A DNA stretch of 64,000 bases from the sequence record MZ475891.1; one strand, written 5' to 3'. The position numbers were made by a program, and so were the translations under genes. The notes under the pieces are model-generated. The model was not told the DNA's origin, ran no database searches, and saw nothing but the letters and a program-made list of their open reading frames with translations. Below, in pieces: positions 54,459 through 62,728 of the stretch (position 1 is its first letter; each line of letters opens with the position of its first letter).

Positions 54459-56425
54459 TCCAACTTATATTTACGTCGGAACTCTGCTAGACCCATGACA
54501 GGAATGCCTTTGTCCATGGCCTTCTGGAGTTTCGCAGAACCCGAGCCTGGGTCTTTGGCGATAAGAATGGTTGTATCTGCCTTCATGCTATCTGAGGCAG
54601 TACCACCAAGCTCAACGATACGCTGCATCAGTTCACGATCACGAATGCCCGTGAATGCAACGTTAACGCCTTTCAGCTTAGAACTCTTCACCTGAACGCG
54701 CTTCGGTGCCACCAGCTTAACACCGATTTCATTCGCAAGCTGATACGCAGACACGCACGCAAGAGCAATGTCAGGTGATTTCGTTTTGATGCCATGAATA
54801 TCCGAGATAGCTTTAGCGAGCGCCAGAGGATTCTGTTTGCGCACTAGCTTGTCAAGGTCAGGCACGCTATCGACCACTTTATCAAACGTAGTGTTAGCGC
54901 CACGCATGAAGTACGGCGAGCACGCTTTAAGCCACGTATTGACAGCAACGCCTGAGCGTAATGCTTTGAGGTCTTTCGCAAGCTGAGCGCCACGCGAGTC
55001 ACCAACAACTTCACGCAGCACACCGATAGTTGCAGCGAACAAACGGGCAGGTGTATCAATGCCAGACTCTACGAGCAGCTTCGACGTACTCGGTCCTGTG
55101 TTAGCAACGTCCAATCCTTTGAGGAATGAACTGAGCAGTCGAGTAGTGCCTACCTCAGTCTTGGTATTGATAACGAACTCAACGCCATTGACTTTGTAAG
55201 GCACATCAGGCAGCTTTGGCTTCTTCGCAGGCTTGAGAATCTCCATGATGTATGGGATTACCTTACCGCTACGAATCAGCTTAACGGTAGCACCCGGGCC
55301 AAGAGGTTTCTTAGCGTGAGGTGCAGTCGCTTTGCCTTTAGGCTTGAGATAGCCGTGCTCAACATAGAATCCATTGTGACCATTAGCACGCTGCACAGTA
55401 ACACCGCCAGTCATCAACGTCGGTGGGAAGATGATAACAGGCTGCAAGATACCGTACTTGGTTTCTTGATAGATAACATCCTCTACCTTAACTATCACTG
55501 TGTCAGCTTCTGCATTCATCTTAAACTTGAATGCGTGCTTTGGATTGGATGCAGTCGCTTTAGGGCTGGGTACATCTTCCGTGAGTACAACACCATCCAG
55601 CTCGTAGATAGCTTTAGACAGACGGCGCTCCAAGAACGCGATCAACTCATCTTCTGAGTTGAAGCGCTTTGGTGGCGTATGCCTAACGACTTCGAATCCC
55701 CAGCGCTCTAGCAGGGCGAACTGCTTAGACTGTTTGAGCGTAGCACCATCACCGCCGATGATAGAAAAGCACACCATGCGGACGTACTTGAACTCGGACG
55801 CTGTTTCAAAGTTACGCACAAGTCCAGATGCAGCGTTACGCGCAGCCTTGAAGCGACCACCAGCAGACTCATGCATCTTAGCCATGAATGTCTTTTGAGG
55901 AATGAGTGCCTCAAAGCGCAACACCGTCTGACCTCTGACTGGAATCTTTTTAGGGATTTTCATCGCAGGGATATGATGGGATACGTCTTTACCATGAGTA
56001 GCATCACCACGGGTATAAGCCTTTACAGGCACCCCGTCTTGATACACAATCTCAAGGCTCAAGCCATCGAGCTTGTCTGTTGCAACGTAGTCCACATCTT
56101 TCGACAGTGCTTTGGCAATCTGCTTCGAGCCAGCCTGAAACTGATTGAGACTTGCCATAGGAACAGGCAGCTTAACATCGGCATCATCACGCTGGCCAAT
56201 CTTACGCGCCAGCTTAGACTTGGGCCATTTAGCGTCGATGTAGTTACGGATTGAATCGTACACCGCATCGCTCACCAGACCTTCATCATCCGTATGATAT
56301 GCGTTGTCCAGAGCGGTTATTAAGTTACGCACTTGCGTCTGGTTCAAGGTGTCCAAGACCTTTTGAGGGTTCTTGGACAGTTGCTTGAGACTAACAGAGG
56401 CAGAAATAGAAAGCCTTACTTTCAT
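54455..56425 (-). CDS. ligA: NAD+-dependent DNA ligase
   Basis: Domain Ia AYH...VSDAVYD, KLDG adenylation motif, TRGD..G.DV, R..A.G, YELDGVV, AFKF, OB fold, C-terminal BRCT (VAFTG...GG...K..KA...GIPV); no tetracysteine Zn finger evident. Confidence 0.93.
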   Translation of the reverse strand: MKVRLSISASVSLKQLSKNPQKVLDTLNQTQVRNLITALDNAYHTDDEGLVSDAVYDSIRNYIDAKWPKSKLARKIGQRDDADVKLPVPMASLNQFQAGSKQIAKALSKDVDYVATDKLDGLSLEIVYQDGVPVKAYTRGDATHGKDVSHHIPAMKIPKKIPVRGQTVLRFEALIPQKTFMAKMHESAGGRFKAARNAASGLVRNFETASEFKYVRMVCFSIIGGDGATLKQSKQFALLERWGFEVVRHTPPKRFNSEDELIAFLERRLSKAIYELDGVVLTEDVPSPKATASNPKHAFKFKMNAEADTVIVKVEDVIYQETKYGILQPVIIFPPTLMTGGVTVQRANGHNGFYVEHGYLKPKGKATAPHAKKPLGPGATVKLIRSGKVIPYIMEILKPAKKPKLPDVPYKVNGVEFVINTKTEVGTTRLLSSFLKGLDVANTGPSTSKLLVESGIDTPARLFAATIGVLREVVGDSRGAQLAKDLKALRSGVAVNTWLKACSPYFMRGANTTFDKVVDSVPDLDKLVRKQNPLALAKAISDIHGIKTKSPDIALACVSAYQLANEIGVKLVAPKRVQVKSSKLKGVNVAFTGIRDRELMQRIVELGGTASDSMKADTTILIAKDPGSGSAKLQKAMDKGIPVMGLAEFRRKYKLE

Positions 56426-56464
56426 GCTTTTCTCCGATCGACATTAACACTCTTGTTTACAGTG

Positions 56465-58411
56465 TTATGATGCGATAGGGTCCTTGTTGACCTCGTAATC
56501 TTCCGCCATGTCGTACACGCGATTGAACAGCTTAGGCGCCATATCTTTCACATGCTCGGCATAGTCAAACAGGTTCTGCTTACGCGCACGATTGACACGC
56601 ACCTGACGTACTTCGTCTGGGCTATTCGTAATGTCATACAGCGTATACACAACGATGTTATCGGATGAGTTATGAGTGCTTACTTTGAGGACTACCCAAT
56701 CGCGTTGCAGCTTAGCATCAGCCTTGAAGCGGAGGACGTCGCCCTCTTCGGCTTCATCTGCACGCGCATCAGGAGTAGACTTGTTAGTTGCGGCAATCTT
56801 CTTCGCAGTCTCGGCAGCTTCTTTCTCTGCCTCAGCCACATCAGAGTCTTGGTCTTCATCCGCTTCTGTTTCGTCTACGGCATCAGAGGTATCGTCAGCG
56901 GAGTCGTCGGCTTCTTCGTCGTCATCTCCAGACGTATCTTCCTCGTCATCTCCTCCGTCGTCGGCATCATCGGGATCCACATCGGAGTCGTCATCTGAAT
57001 CGTCGGAGCTATCATCCCCATCCTCATCATCAGACTCTGAATCGCTATCGTCAGCATCTTCTTCTGCATCTGGATCGTCCTTTTCCGTTTCGTCGTCTGG
57101 GTCAACGTCACCGCCTTCAGGGTCATCCTCTTCCAGCTCGGAGTCGTCGTCGAGGTTATCCTCTTCGGAGTCGTCTGGCTCATCATCCTTGGTTGAGTTC
57201 TTAGCAGAGCCACCTTTCTTGCGAACCTTAGACTTAGGAGCAACTTCCTCTTCGTCATCATCTGGCTCATCAATGTCAGACAGGTCAAGCTCGGAATCGA
57301 CTTCGTTGTCTGCGCTATCATCACCGCCGAACATAGAACTAACGGTGTCCTCCAGACTGAATACATCACCTGCAAACGGGCTACGTTGAAGAATGTCTTC
57401 AAGGCGTTGCTCATCGAGGTCCTGCTCAAGGTCCAGATGTTCTTCGATAGCATCATCGAGGTTTTCATGCTCAATGACTTTAGGCAGACGACGACGATCA
57501 TTCAGGCCAGGGTCATCGGAGTAGATGGTACGCTGTGGTCCTGTAGGCGCTTCAATCTCACCGTCACGCACTTTGCGTCTGAGGTCACGCATCTCTGCGC
57601 TACGCTCACGCGCTTTCTTACGTGCTTCCTGTGCGAGTTCCTTGCGCTGTTGTTTGCGCTCAAGGGCAGATGCCTCACGACCTAAACGTTCAGCTTCTTC
57701 CTGTTCACGGCCTTCGCGATGGCGAGCACGACGAACCATACGACGATACTGTTTGATAGTATCAACATCAACACTACCAACAGGCCAGTCATTAAGAGGC
57801 AGAATGTTTGTGTCATGCACAATCAGATCGTACTGAGCGTCATCAACTTTCAGGAACAGGCCTTCTGTGTTGATAACGATACCGCCTTTGCCTTGACGCA
57901 AGAAACGCACGCCAATCATATCGTTGCGGTACATCTTATAAATACCCTTGGTAGTCTTCACAGGATACTCATTGCCCGGCACCATGCGCCATTGATAGTT
58001 GGCAAAGTCAACGCCATACACAGCTTCTGACTTAACCGATTTCGGCATAAAGCGAGGAGCATCAAACAGGGTGCGATTGATTTTACGCTCAAGGCTCTTA
58101 GCACCAGCAACGCGTGCAGTAGTACCGGCCTCACGTTTAACCACAGCTGGTGGCTTACGCAACTTAGAGCTACGTTCAATGAGGAACAGACCTGTCGTTT
58201 TGTCGAGAGGGAAATCGACGTGCGGCATGTCTGGGAAAATCAGTGTATAACGACCACCATTCCTGAGTGGCAGAATACCAAAAGTGTCGCCATTACGAAT
58301 CATACGTTTGTGTGATCGCTGCGTCACCTCTCGCCCACGTGAACCAGTAAACTGCATCCACGCGTACTTCGATACGGCATCTTCATATGATGCGGATTCG
58401 GAGAGTACCAT
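56465..58411 (-). CDS. Putative internal virion protein: SESAS, two copies of the shared domain, charged coiled coil, long acidic tract, C-terminal SH3/KOW-like domain
   Basis: Read directly from the translation; acidic tract ~56830-57330. Confidence 0.7.
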   Translation of the reverse strand: MVLSESASYEDAVSKYAWMQFTGSRGREVTQRSHKRMIRNGDTFGILPLRNGGRYTLIFPDMPHVDFPLDKTTGLFLIERSSKLRKPPAVVKREAGTTARVAGAKSLERKINRTLFDAPRFMPKSVKSEAVYGVDFANYQWRMVPGNEYPVKTTKGIYKMYRNDMIGVRFLRQGKGGIVINTEGLFLKVDDAQYDLIVHDTNILPLNDWPVGSVDVDTIKQYRRMVRRARHREGREQEEAERLGREASALERKQQRKELAQEARKKARERSAEMRDLRRKVRDGEIEAPTGPQRTIYSDDPGLNDRRRLPKVIEHENLDDAIEEHLDLEQDLDEQRLEDILQRSPFAGDVFSLEDTVSSMFGGDDSADNEVDSELDLSDIDEPDDDEEEVAPKSKVRKKGGSAKNSTKDDEPDDSEEDNLDDDSELEEDDPEGGDVDPDDETEKDDPDAEEDADDSDSESDDEDGDDSSDDSDDDSDVDPDDADDGGDDEEDTSGDDDEEADDSADDTSDAVDETEADEDQDSDVAEAEKEAAETAKKIAATNKSTPDARADEAEEGDVLRFKADAKLQRDWVVLKVSTHNSSDNIVVYTLYDITNSPDEVRQVRVNRARKQNLFDYAEHVKDMAPKLFNRVYDMAEDYEVNKDPIAS

Positions 58412-58444
58412 GTTATTGTCTCTTTGTTATACGAACGCTCATTG

Positions 58445-58452
58445 AAATTAGC
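58445..58452 (-). promoter_or_regulatory. Candidate late-promoter motif GCTAATTT
   Basis: Exact motif 33 nt upstream of the 58411 start, intergenic. Confidence 0.55.
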
Positions 58453-58462
58453 TTTTTGAGGG

Positions 58463-58484
58463 AAAGCGGGGATTATCCCCCGCT
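58463..58484 (-). terminator. Possible terminator hairpin overlapping a stop codon
   Basis: AGCGGGGG-ATAAT-CCCCGCT followed by only TT; weak U-tract. Confidence 0.35.
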
Positions 58485-61400
58485 CATATAACCTCGTGCG
58501 GAACAAGACATAGAACCACATGCAGAATCACACACGGTTACCTGTGCCCACGTCCATGCACCATTAGGCTGCTCGATAGCGTACACAGCAGACGCATCGA
58601 ATCCCCAAACCTGAGTAGCATTTTGCAGCGCCTCCAGCTCAGTAGCGAAGTAACCCTCTTTGAGTGGCTCATCTCGCGTACCATGATTAGGAGTTGCAGT
58701 CCACGTTTCAAACACAGGACCTTTGACACGCACAGCACTGTTGGACGTAGTTTTACGCGCAGTAGGCACTTTAGCACGAACAACAGGACGAGCTGTAGTC
58801 TTAGGCGCACTTACCTTAGCACGAACAGCATTAGCACTCACGACCTTGATAGGCGGTGCTGCCTCTGGATGTCCGATAGCCGCAGTAGGAACGTGTTTGA
58901 TTCCCTCGTTTGAAGCCAGATACGCAGGCGCTGTAGCTTTGAACGCAATACTGTGCGGAACTACTGAATCAGCCACCAGCTTCAATTGATAGAACTGAGG
59001 ACGTGATGGGTCAATCAGATATTTCTGCGGAGCTTTCTGCCAGTCAGACGCAGCAGGACCTACGTGGTAGTAGACAGGGTTCGTATGGAAACGAACGAAC
59101 GGTATCTCAGGCATAAAGATTACTGCCGGATGATATACCGGATCCACATACTTACCGACGATAGCCTTGACCTGATACGTCACTACCGAAGGCATCCACT
59201 GAGGACGTGCTGGGTCGATGTGATACGTTGTCGATGTAGACACATACACAGGCAGTGCAGTATCAGCAGCGTACAGGCCTGGCTGTTTGACGTACTGAGG
59301 TCGTGCACCTTCAACGACGACATAAGAGTGATCGACTTTACGGCCGGGCGCAGCAGGAACATGATGCAGGCCAGGCTCAGGGCGATACTTACCTTCTGTC
59401 TTAGGTGCTACAGCCAGAGTCTGCTTGACGTAACGCGGCGCAGCAATCTCGAATGAATCCCATGCAGCTTCCAAACTAAAGTGCGCATCGAACTCAGGGA
59501 CAAACGCATCAGCTACTGCCTTACTGCCTTGCGTCATCTCAAACAGTGGGAACTCTGCAACAGAGTCCTTTTGTCCGAGTGTTGCTTCGAACAGAGGCAT
59601 GTCTGTGACTGTGTGCTCTGTGCCTTGAGTCAGTTCGAATAGCGGCATGTCCGTGACTGCGTGCTCGGTGCCTTGAGTCATTTCAAACAGATCAAACTCA
59701 GTTACACCATTAGAGCCTACAACCGCTTCTGGCTTCATCAAAGGAGTTGTTTCGACAACATCCTTCTTACCTTCCACCAGCTCAAACAAAGGCATGTCCG
59801 TTACTGCTTTCTCTGTGCCTTCCACAAGTTCGAACAGGTCGAAATCGGTAACAACAATATCCGAACGAGCAATAAGATCTGCCATGCGGAAGTTATCAAC
59901 GAAGTCTTTCTGACCTGTATCAAACGCAGGACCTGCAACAGTTTCCGCATTGAACTCAGGTGCTACGAAGTTTCTGACAAGAGGCTCTGCGAGAACAACA
60001 GACGCGTCTTCGAACTCAAACAGGTCAATGTAGTTAGCACTGTCTGTCTTAGTCGCGTACTCAACCTCGATCGAGGTAACGTTCTCCGTATGTGCTGCGA
60101 CAAAGTGCTGGTCAACGAACTGTGCTGTTTGCTCTCCCCACTCGTAGGTAGGGTCAACCGTCATGTCGTACAGCCAAGGCAGTGGTGCATTGCCCAGCAT
60201 CAACGTATGCGGCTGATCGTGCGACGGCAGGCCGTAGATTTTCAGCATCGTGTCTGCGCATTCGAATGGACCTACAACGAGTCCTTGATTCTTATACACA
60301 CCACGTACGTCCAGCTCTTGGACAACACGATTGCCGTCAACATCAAGCAGCAGACCTGCAGGCACTGTGATATACGTCCAGAAGTTATCTGGGATGTTAT
60401 CAAAGAAAATGTCACCGCTATCTGCCATGACGTAACGTTCGGCACGCTTTGTCTGAGGCACATCACCAAGCCACACCTTGTCAGCCCACACGTACCATTC
60501 GTAATCGTGCTGCTCTGTGCTGAACTTGACAGTATATTGAATGTTCTCTGTAGGCGTGAACTCAATCTGAGCCGTACCGTTAGCAGGGACAGTTACTGTC
60601 TTGCCTCCTGACACAAACTTAGCATCGGTGTCAGTGATTGTCAGGACAAGAGCACTGGTGCCTGTGTTGCGAATAACATCAGAACGTACAGGCTTACCGA
60701 TAGGCGCGTATGCCCAGTGACGTCCTACATCCAGCACAGGTTCGACTATGGTGTACACACCAAACGAGGAGCTTGTCTTGCCTACCTCAACGCTAATCTT
60801 TGTCGTGTTGTTTTGTTGCAGCACTTCGAAGCCAAGCGTCTGACCGTTACGAATAACAGCAGGCTGGGCAGTCTCTACGCCATCAACAAAGATCTTAACA
60901 CGTTCATCAGTTGCTTCTTCACCATCCACCAGCACTGTGATAGGAACGGTAACGTTGATGCCACTGATTGTCACATCTTCGGTGCGTGTCCACGTATCGT
61001 TCTCAACACCAACAATGTTCTCCCACTTGAAAGCGTTAGGAGTATCGTCGATTTTAGTTTCGAACTGATATACGGTGCGGCCGATTGCTACAGGGAAAGA
61101 TGTTCCTGTGATGTAAGCATGAGACAGCGTGACAGTAACTTCATCACCGTTGAACACATGCGTTACAGGCTTACCACCAACAGTTGCTGATACAGACACA
61201 CCTGCAGGCGTTGAGATAGCGAGAGGTAAGTCTGGGTCTTCTGCCTGAACTGTCAACGTGAAACTAACAGTCGGACCAAGCTCAACATCAGCCAGGTTAG
61301 GCCAGACAGTGTTGTAGTTGCGATAGTCGATGTGTTTCAGGTTGTTCGTAGGACGTGCTGCGTAATAGAACAGGCGGTCATACTGATCTGCATCAGTGTA

Positions 61401-62666
61401 CGGAGCATTGAACAGCGATAGCACAGGCCAACCGCTGCGCGTAGACGTAGCAACATCTGAACCACGCAGTGAACTGATAAGAGCATCCGTACCATCAGTA
61501 CACATACCCTTGGACATATAACCAGCATCAGTCCAAGCACCGTCAGACCAGTAGAACAGTCTGTCACCATTATCACTGCGACGACTGCCCTGTCCAGCAA
61601 ACGACCAACGCATCTCATACACACTTGCGCGGGTAGGGTCTGTGTCATACGCAGCAGTGTTAAAACCAACGGCAACAGTTGAGCCAGTAGGGAACTGGAA
61701 CCATAAAGTGTTTGCTGGTGGTGTGTAGCTGCCGTTATCAGTAACGAAACCGATCATTTCACCTGATGCAGTGACGAGTATGTCATTACCATCAGAGGCG
61801 TTGACGTAGAACTTATCCGTCAATACCTTAGTCTGATTGAAAGACGCATCGAGGTAATGTGCAGCACCATCACGGTCAAACACCACATAGCTATCAGCAG
61901 TACCGTTAAGCGCGAAGTTAGCGCGACGATACACAACACGGTTGACCTTATACCCGAGTTGGATAGGGTCCGCTGTAGACGTCAGGGCTTCATCGAGAAT
62001 ATCGATATGACCATCACGATGAATCAGCACCAGACCTGTACGCTTACCAGTAGAGTCAAAAGTCACATGGTAGTGTGCAAGGTCAACGTCAGTCAGTGCG
62101 CTGAAGATCTTCGTGTTAGCCACAGCACCGTTAGTGTATAAACAGTACAGGGTTTTAGCTTGGCGATCATATACGAACGACACACGCTTGGTAAGGTCAA
62201 ACGGTGCGTATGCGAGATCACTGATTTTAACTACAGGCGATTGCTGCAATTCAGCCTGAGTAGGATTGCGTACACCACCACCAATAACAAGACCGTTGTA
62301 CGTCGGGTTTAGGGACGCACCAAGCGGCATTGCATCAACGCCTTGCGTGAAGAAGCGATAGTCCAGCGTCTTCTTGCGAGGTACGGTGAAGATACGAGAA
62401 GCTGAATGAACCAGCATCCAGTTGTCACCGTCTTTGTAATAGACGACTACAGGCTGGGTTGTTGTCTCATCAACAGTGATAGTTGCCTTGAGGGATAGTG
62501 CATACACAGAACCCGTTGGCGTAATGTCCATCTGAGATGTGTTGTTGCTAAACGTACCACCAGCAACACGAAACGTCAGGACGTCGGTATGACCAGAAAT
62601 CGTTACGCTATCTGACCACGTAACTGGACCGCTGGCCTGCTCGACTACAGGAATCAATTCAGCCAT
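58473..62666 (-). CDS. Large virion (tail/fibre-associated) protein with propeller-like N-part, Ig-like units and internal repeats
   Basis: 1397 aa; DDTPNAFKW...VTISGI.V motif common in phage tail proteins; 16-aa acidic repeats; Pro/Ala/Val-rich C-terminus. Confidence 0.65.
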   Translation of the reverse strand: MAELIPVVEQASGPVTWSDSVTISGHTDVLTFRVAGGTFSNNTSQMDITPTGSVYALSLKATITVDETTTQPVVVYYKDGDNWMLVHSASRIFTVPRKKTLDYRFFTQGVDAMPLGASLNPTYNGLVIGGGVRNPTQAELQQSPVVKISDLAYAPFDLTKRVSFVYDRQAKTLYCLYTNGAVANTKIFSALTDVDLAHYHVTFDSTGKRTGLVLIHRDGHIDILDEALTSTADPIQLGYKVNRVVYRRANFALNGTADSYVVFDRDGAAHYLDASFNQTKVLTDKFYVNASDGNDILVTASGEMIGFVTDNGSYTPPANTLWFQFPTGSTVAVGFNTAAYDTDPTRASVYEMRWSFAGQGSRRSDNGDRLFYWSDGAWTDAGYMSKGMCTDGTDALISSLRGSDVATSTRSGWPVLSLFNAPYTDADQYDRLFYYAARPTNNLKHIDYRNYNTVWPNLADVELGPTVSFTLTVQAEDPDLPLAISTPAGVSVSATVGGKPVTHVFNGDEVTVTLSHAYITGTSFPVAIGRTVYQFETKIDDTPNAFKWENIVGVENDTWTRTEDVTISGINVTVPITVLVDGEEATDERVKIFVDGVETAQPAVIRNGQTLGFEVLQQNNTTKISVEVGKTSSSFGVYTIVEPVLDVGRHWAYAPIGKPVRSDVIRNTGTSALVLTITDTDAKFVSGGKTVTVPANGTAQIEFTPTENIQYTVKFSTEQHDYEWYVWADKVWLGDVPQTKRAERYVMADSGDIFFDNIPDNFWTYITVPAGLLLDVDGNRVVQELDVRGVYKNQGLVVGPFECADTMLKIYGLPSHDQPHTLMLGNAPLPWLYDMTVDPTYEWGEQTAQFVDQHFVAAHTENVTSIEVEYATKTDSANYIDLFEFEDASVVLAEPLVRNFVAPEFNAETVAGPAFDTGQKDFVDNFRMADLIARSDIVVTDFDLFELVEGTEKAVTDMPLFELVEGKKDVVETTPLMKPEAVVGSNGVTEFDLFEMTQGTEHAVTDMPLFELTQGTEHTVTDMPLFEATLGQKDSVAEFPLFEMTQGSKAVADAFVPEFDAHFSLEAAWDSFEIAAPRYVKQTLAVAPKTEGKYRPEPGLHHVPAAPGRKVDHSYVVVEGARPQYVKQPGLYAADTALPVYVSTSTTYHIDPARPQWMPSVVTYQVKAIVGKYVDPVYHPAVIFMPEIPFVRFHTNPVYYHVGPAASDWQKAPQKYLIDPSRPQFYQLKLVADSVVPHSIAFKATAPAYLASNEGIKHVPTAAIGHPEAAPPIKVVSANAVRAKVSAPKTTARPVVRAKVPTARKTTSNSAVRVKGPVFETWTATPNHGTRDEPLKEGYFATELEALQNATQVWGFDASAVYAIEQPNGAWTWAQVTVCDSACGSMSCSARGYMSGG
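59508..59845 (-). repeat. Coding tandem repeat, 48-bp/16-aa unit, about seven degenerate copies
   Basis: [FM][DP]LFE[LM][VT][EQ]G..K/H.VTD; two near-identical 48-bp units at ~59592-59688. Confidence 0.8.
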
Positions 62667-62691
62667 TGCTTTTCCTCACGATGTAGAAACT

Positions 62692-62715
62692 AAAAAGGGC
62701 GGCCGAAGCCACCCT
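62692..62715 (-). terminator. Rho-independent terminator (UUCG loop)
   Basis: AGGGTGGC-TTCG-GCCGCCCT-TTTT; 23 of 24 nt identical to the 44644 terminator. Confidence 0.8.
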
Positions 62716-62728
62716 GTGAGGAATAGGC

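Noticed and set aside
59592-59688. 48-bp direct repeats as a possible CRISPR array
   Set aside because: Contiguous, in frame within a CDS, with no unique spacers and no cas genes.
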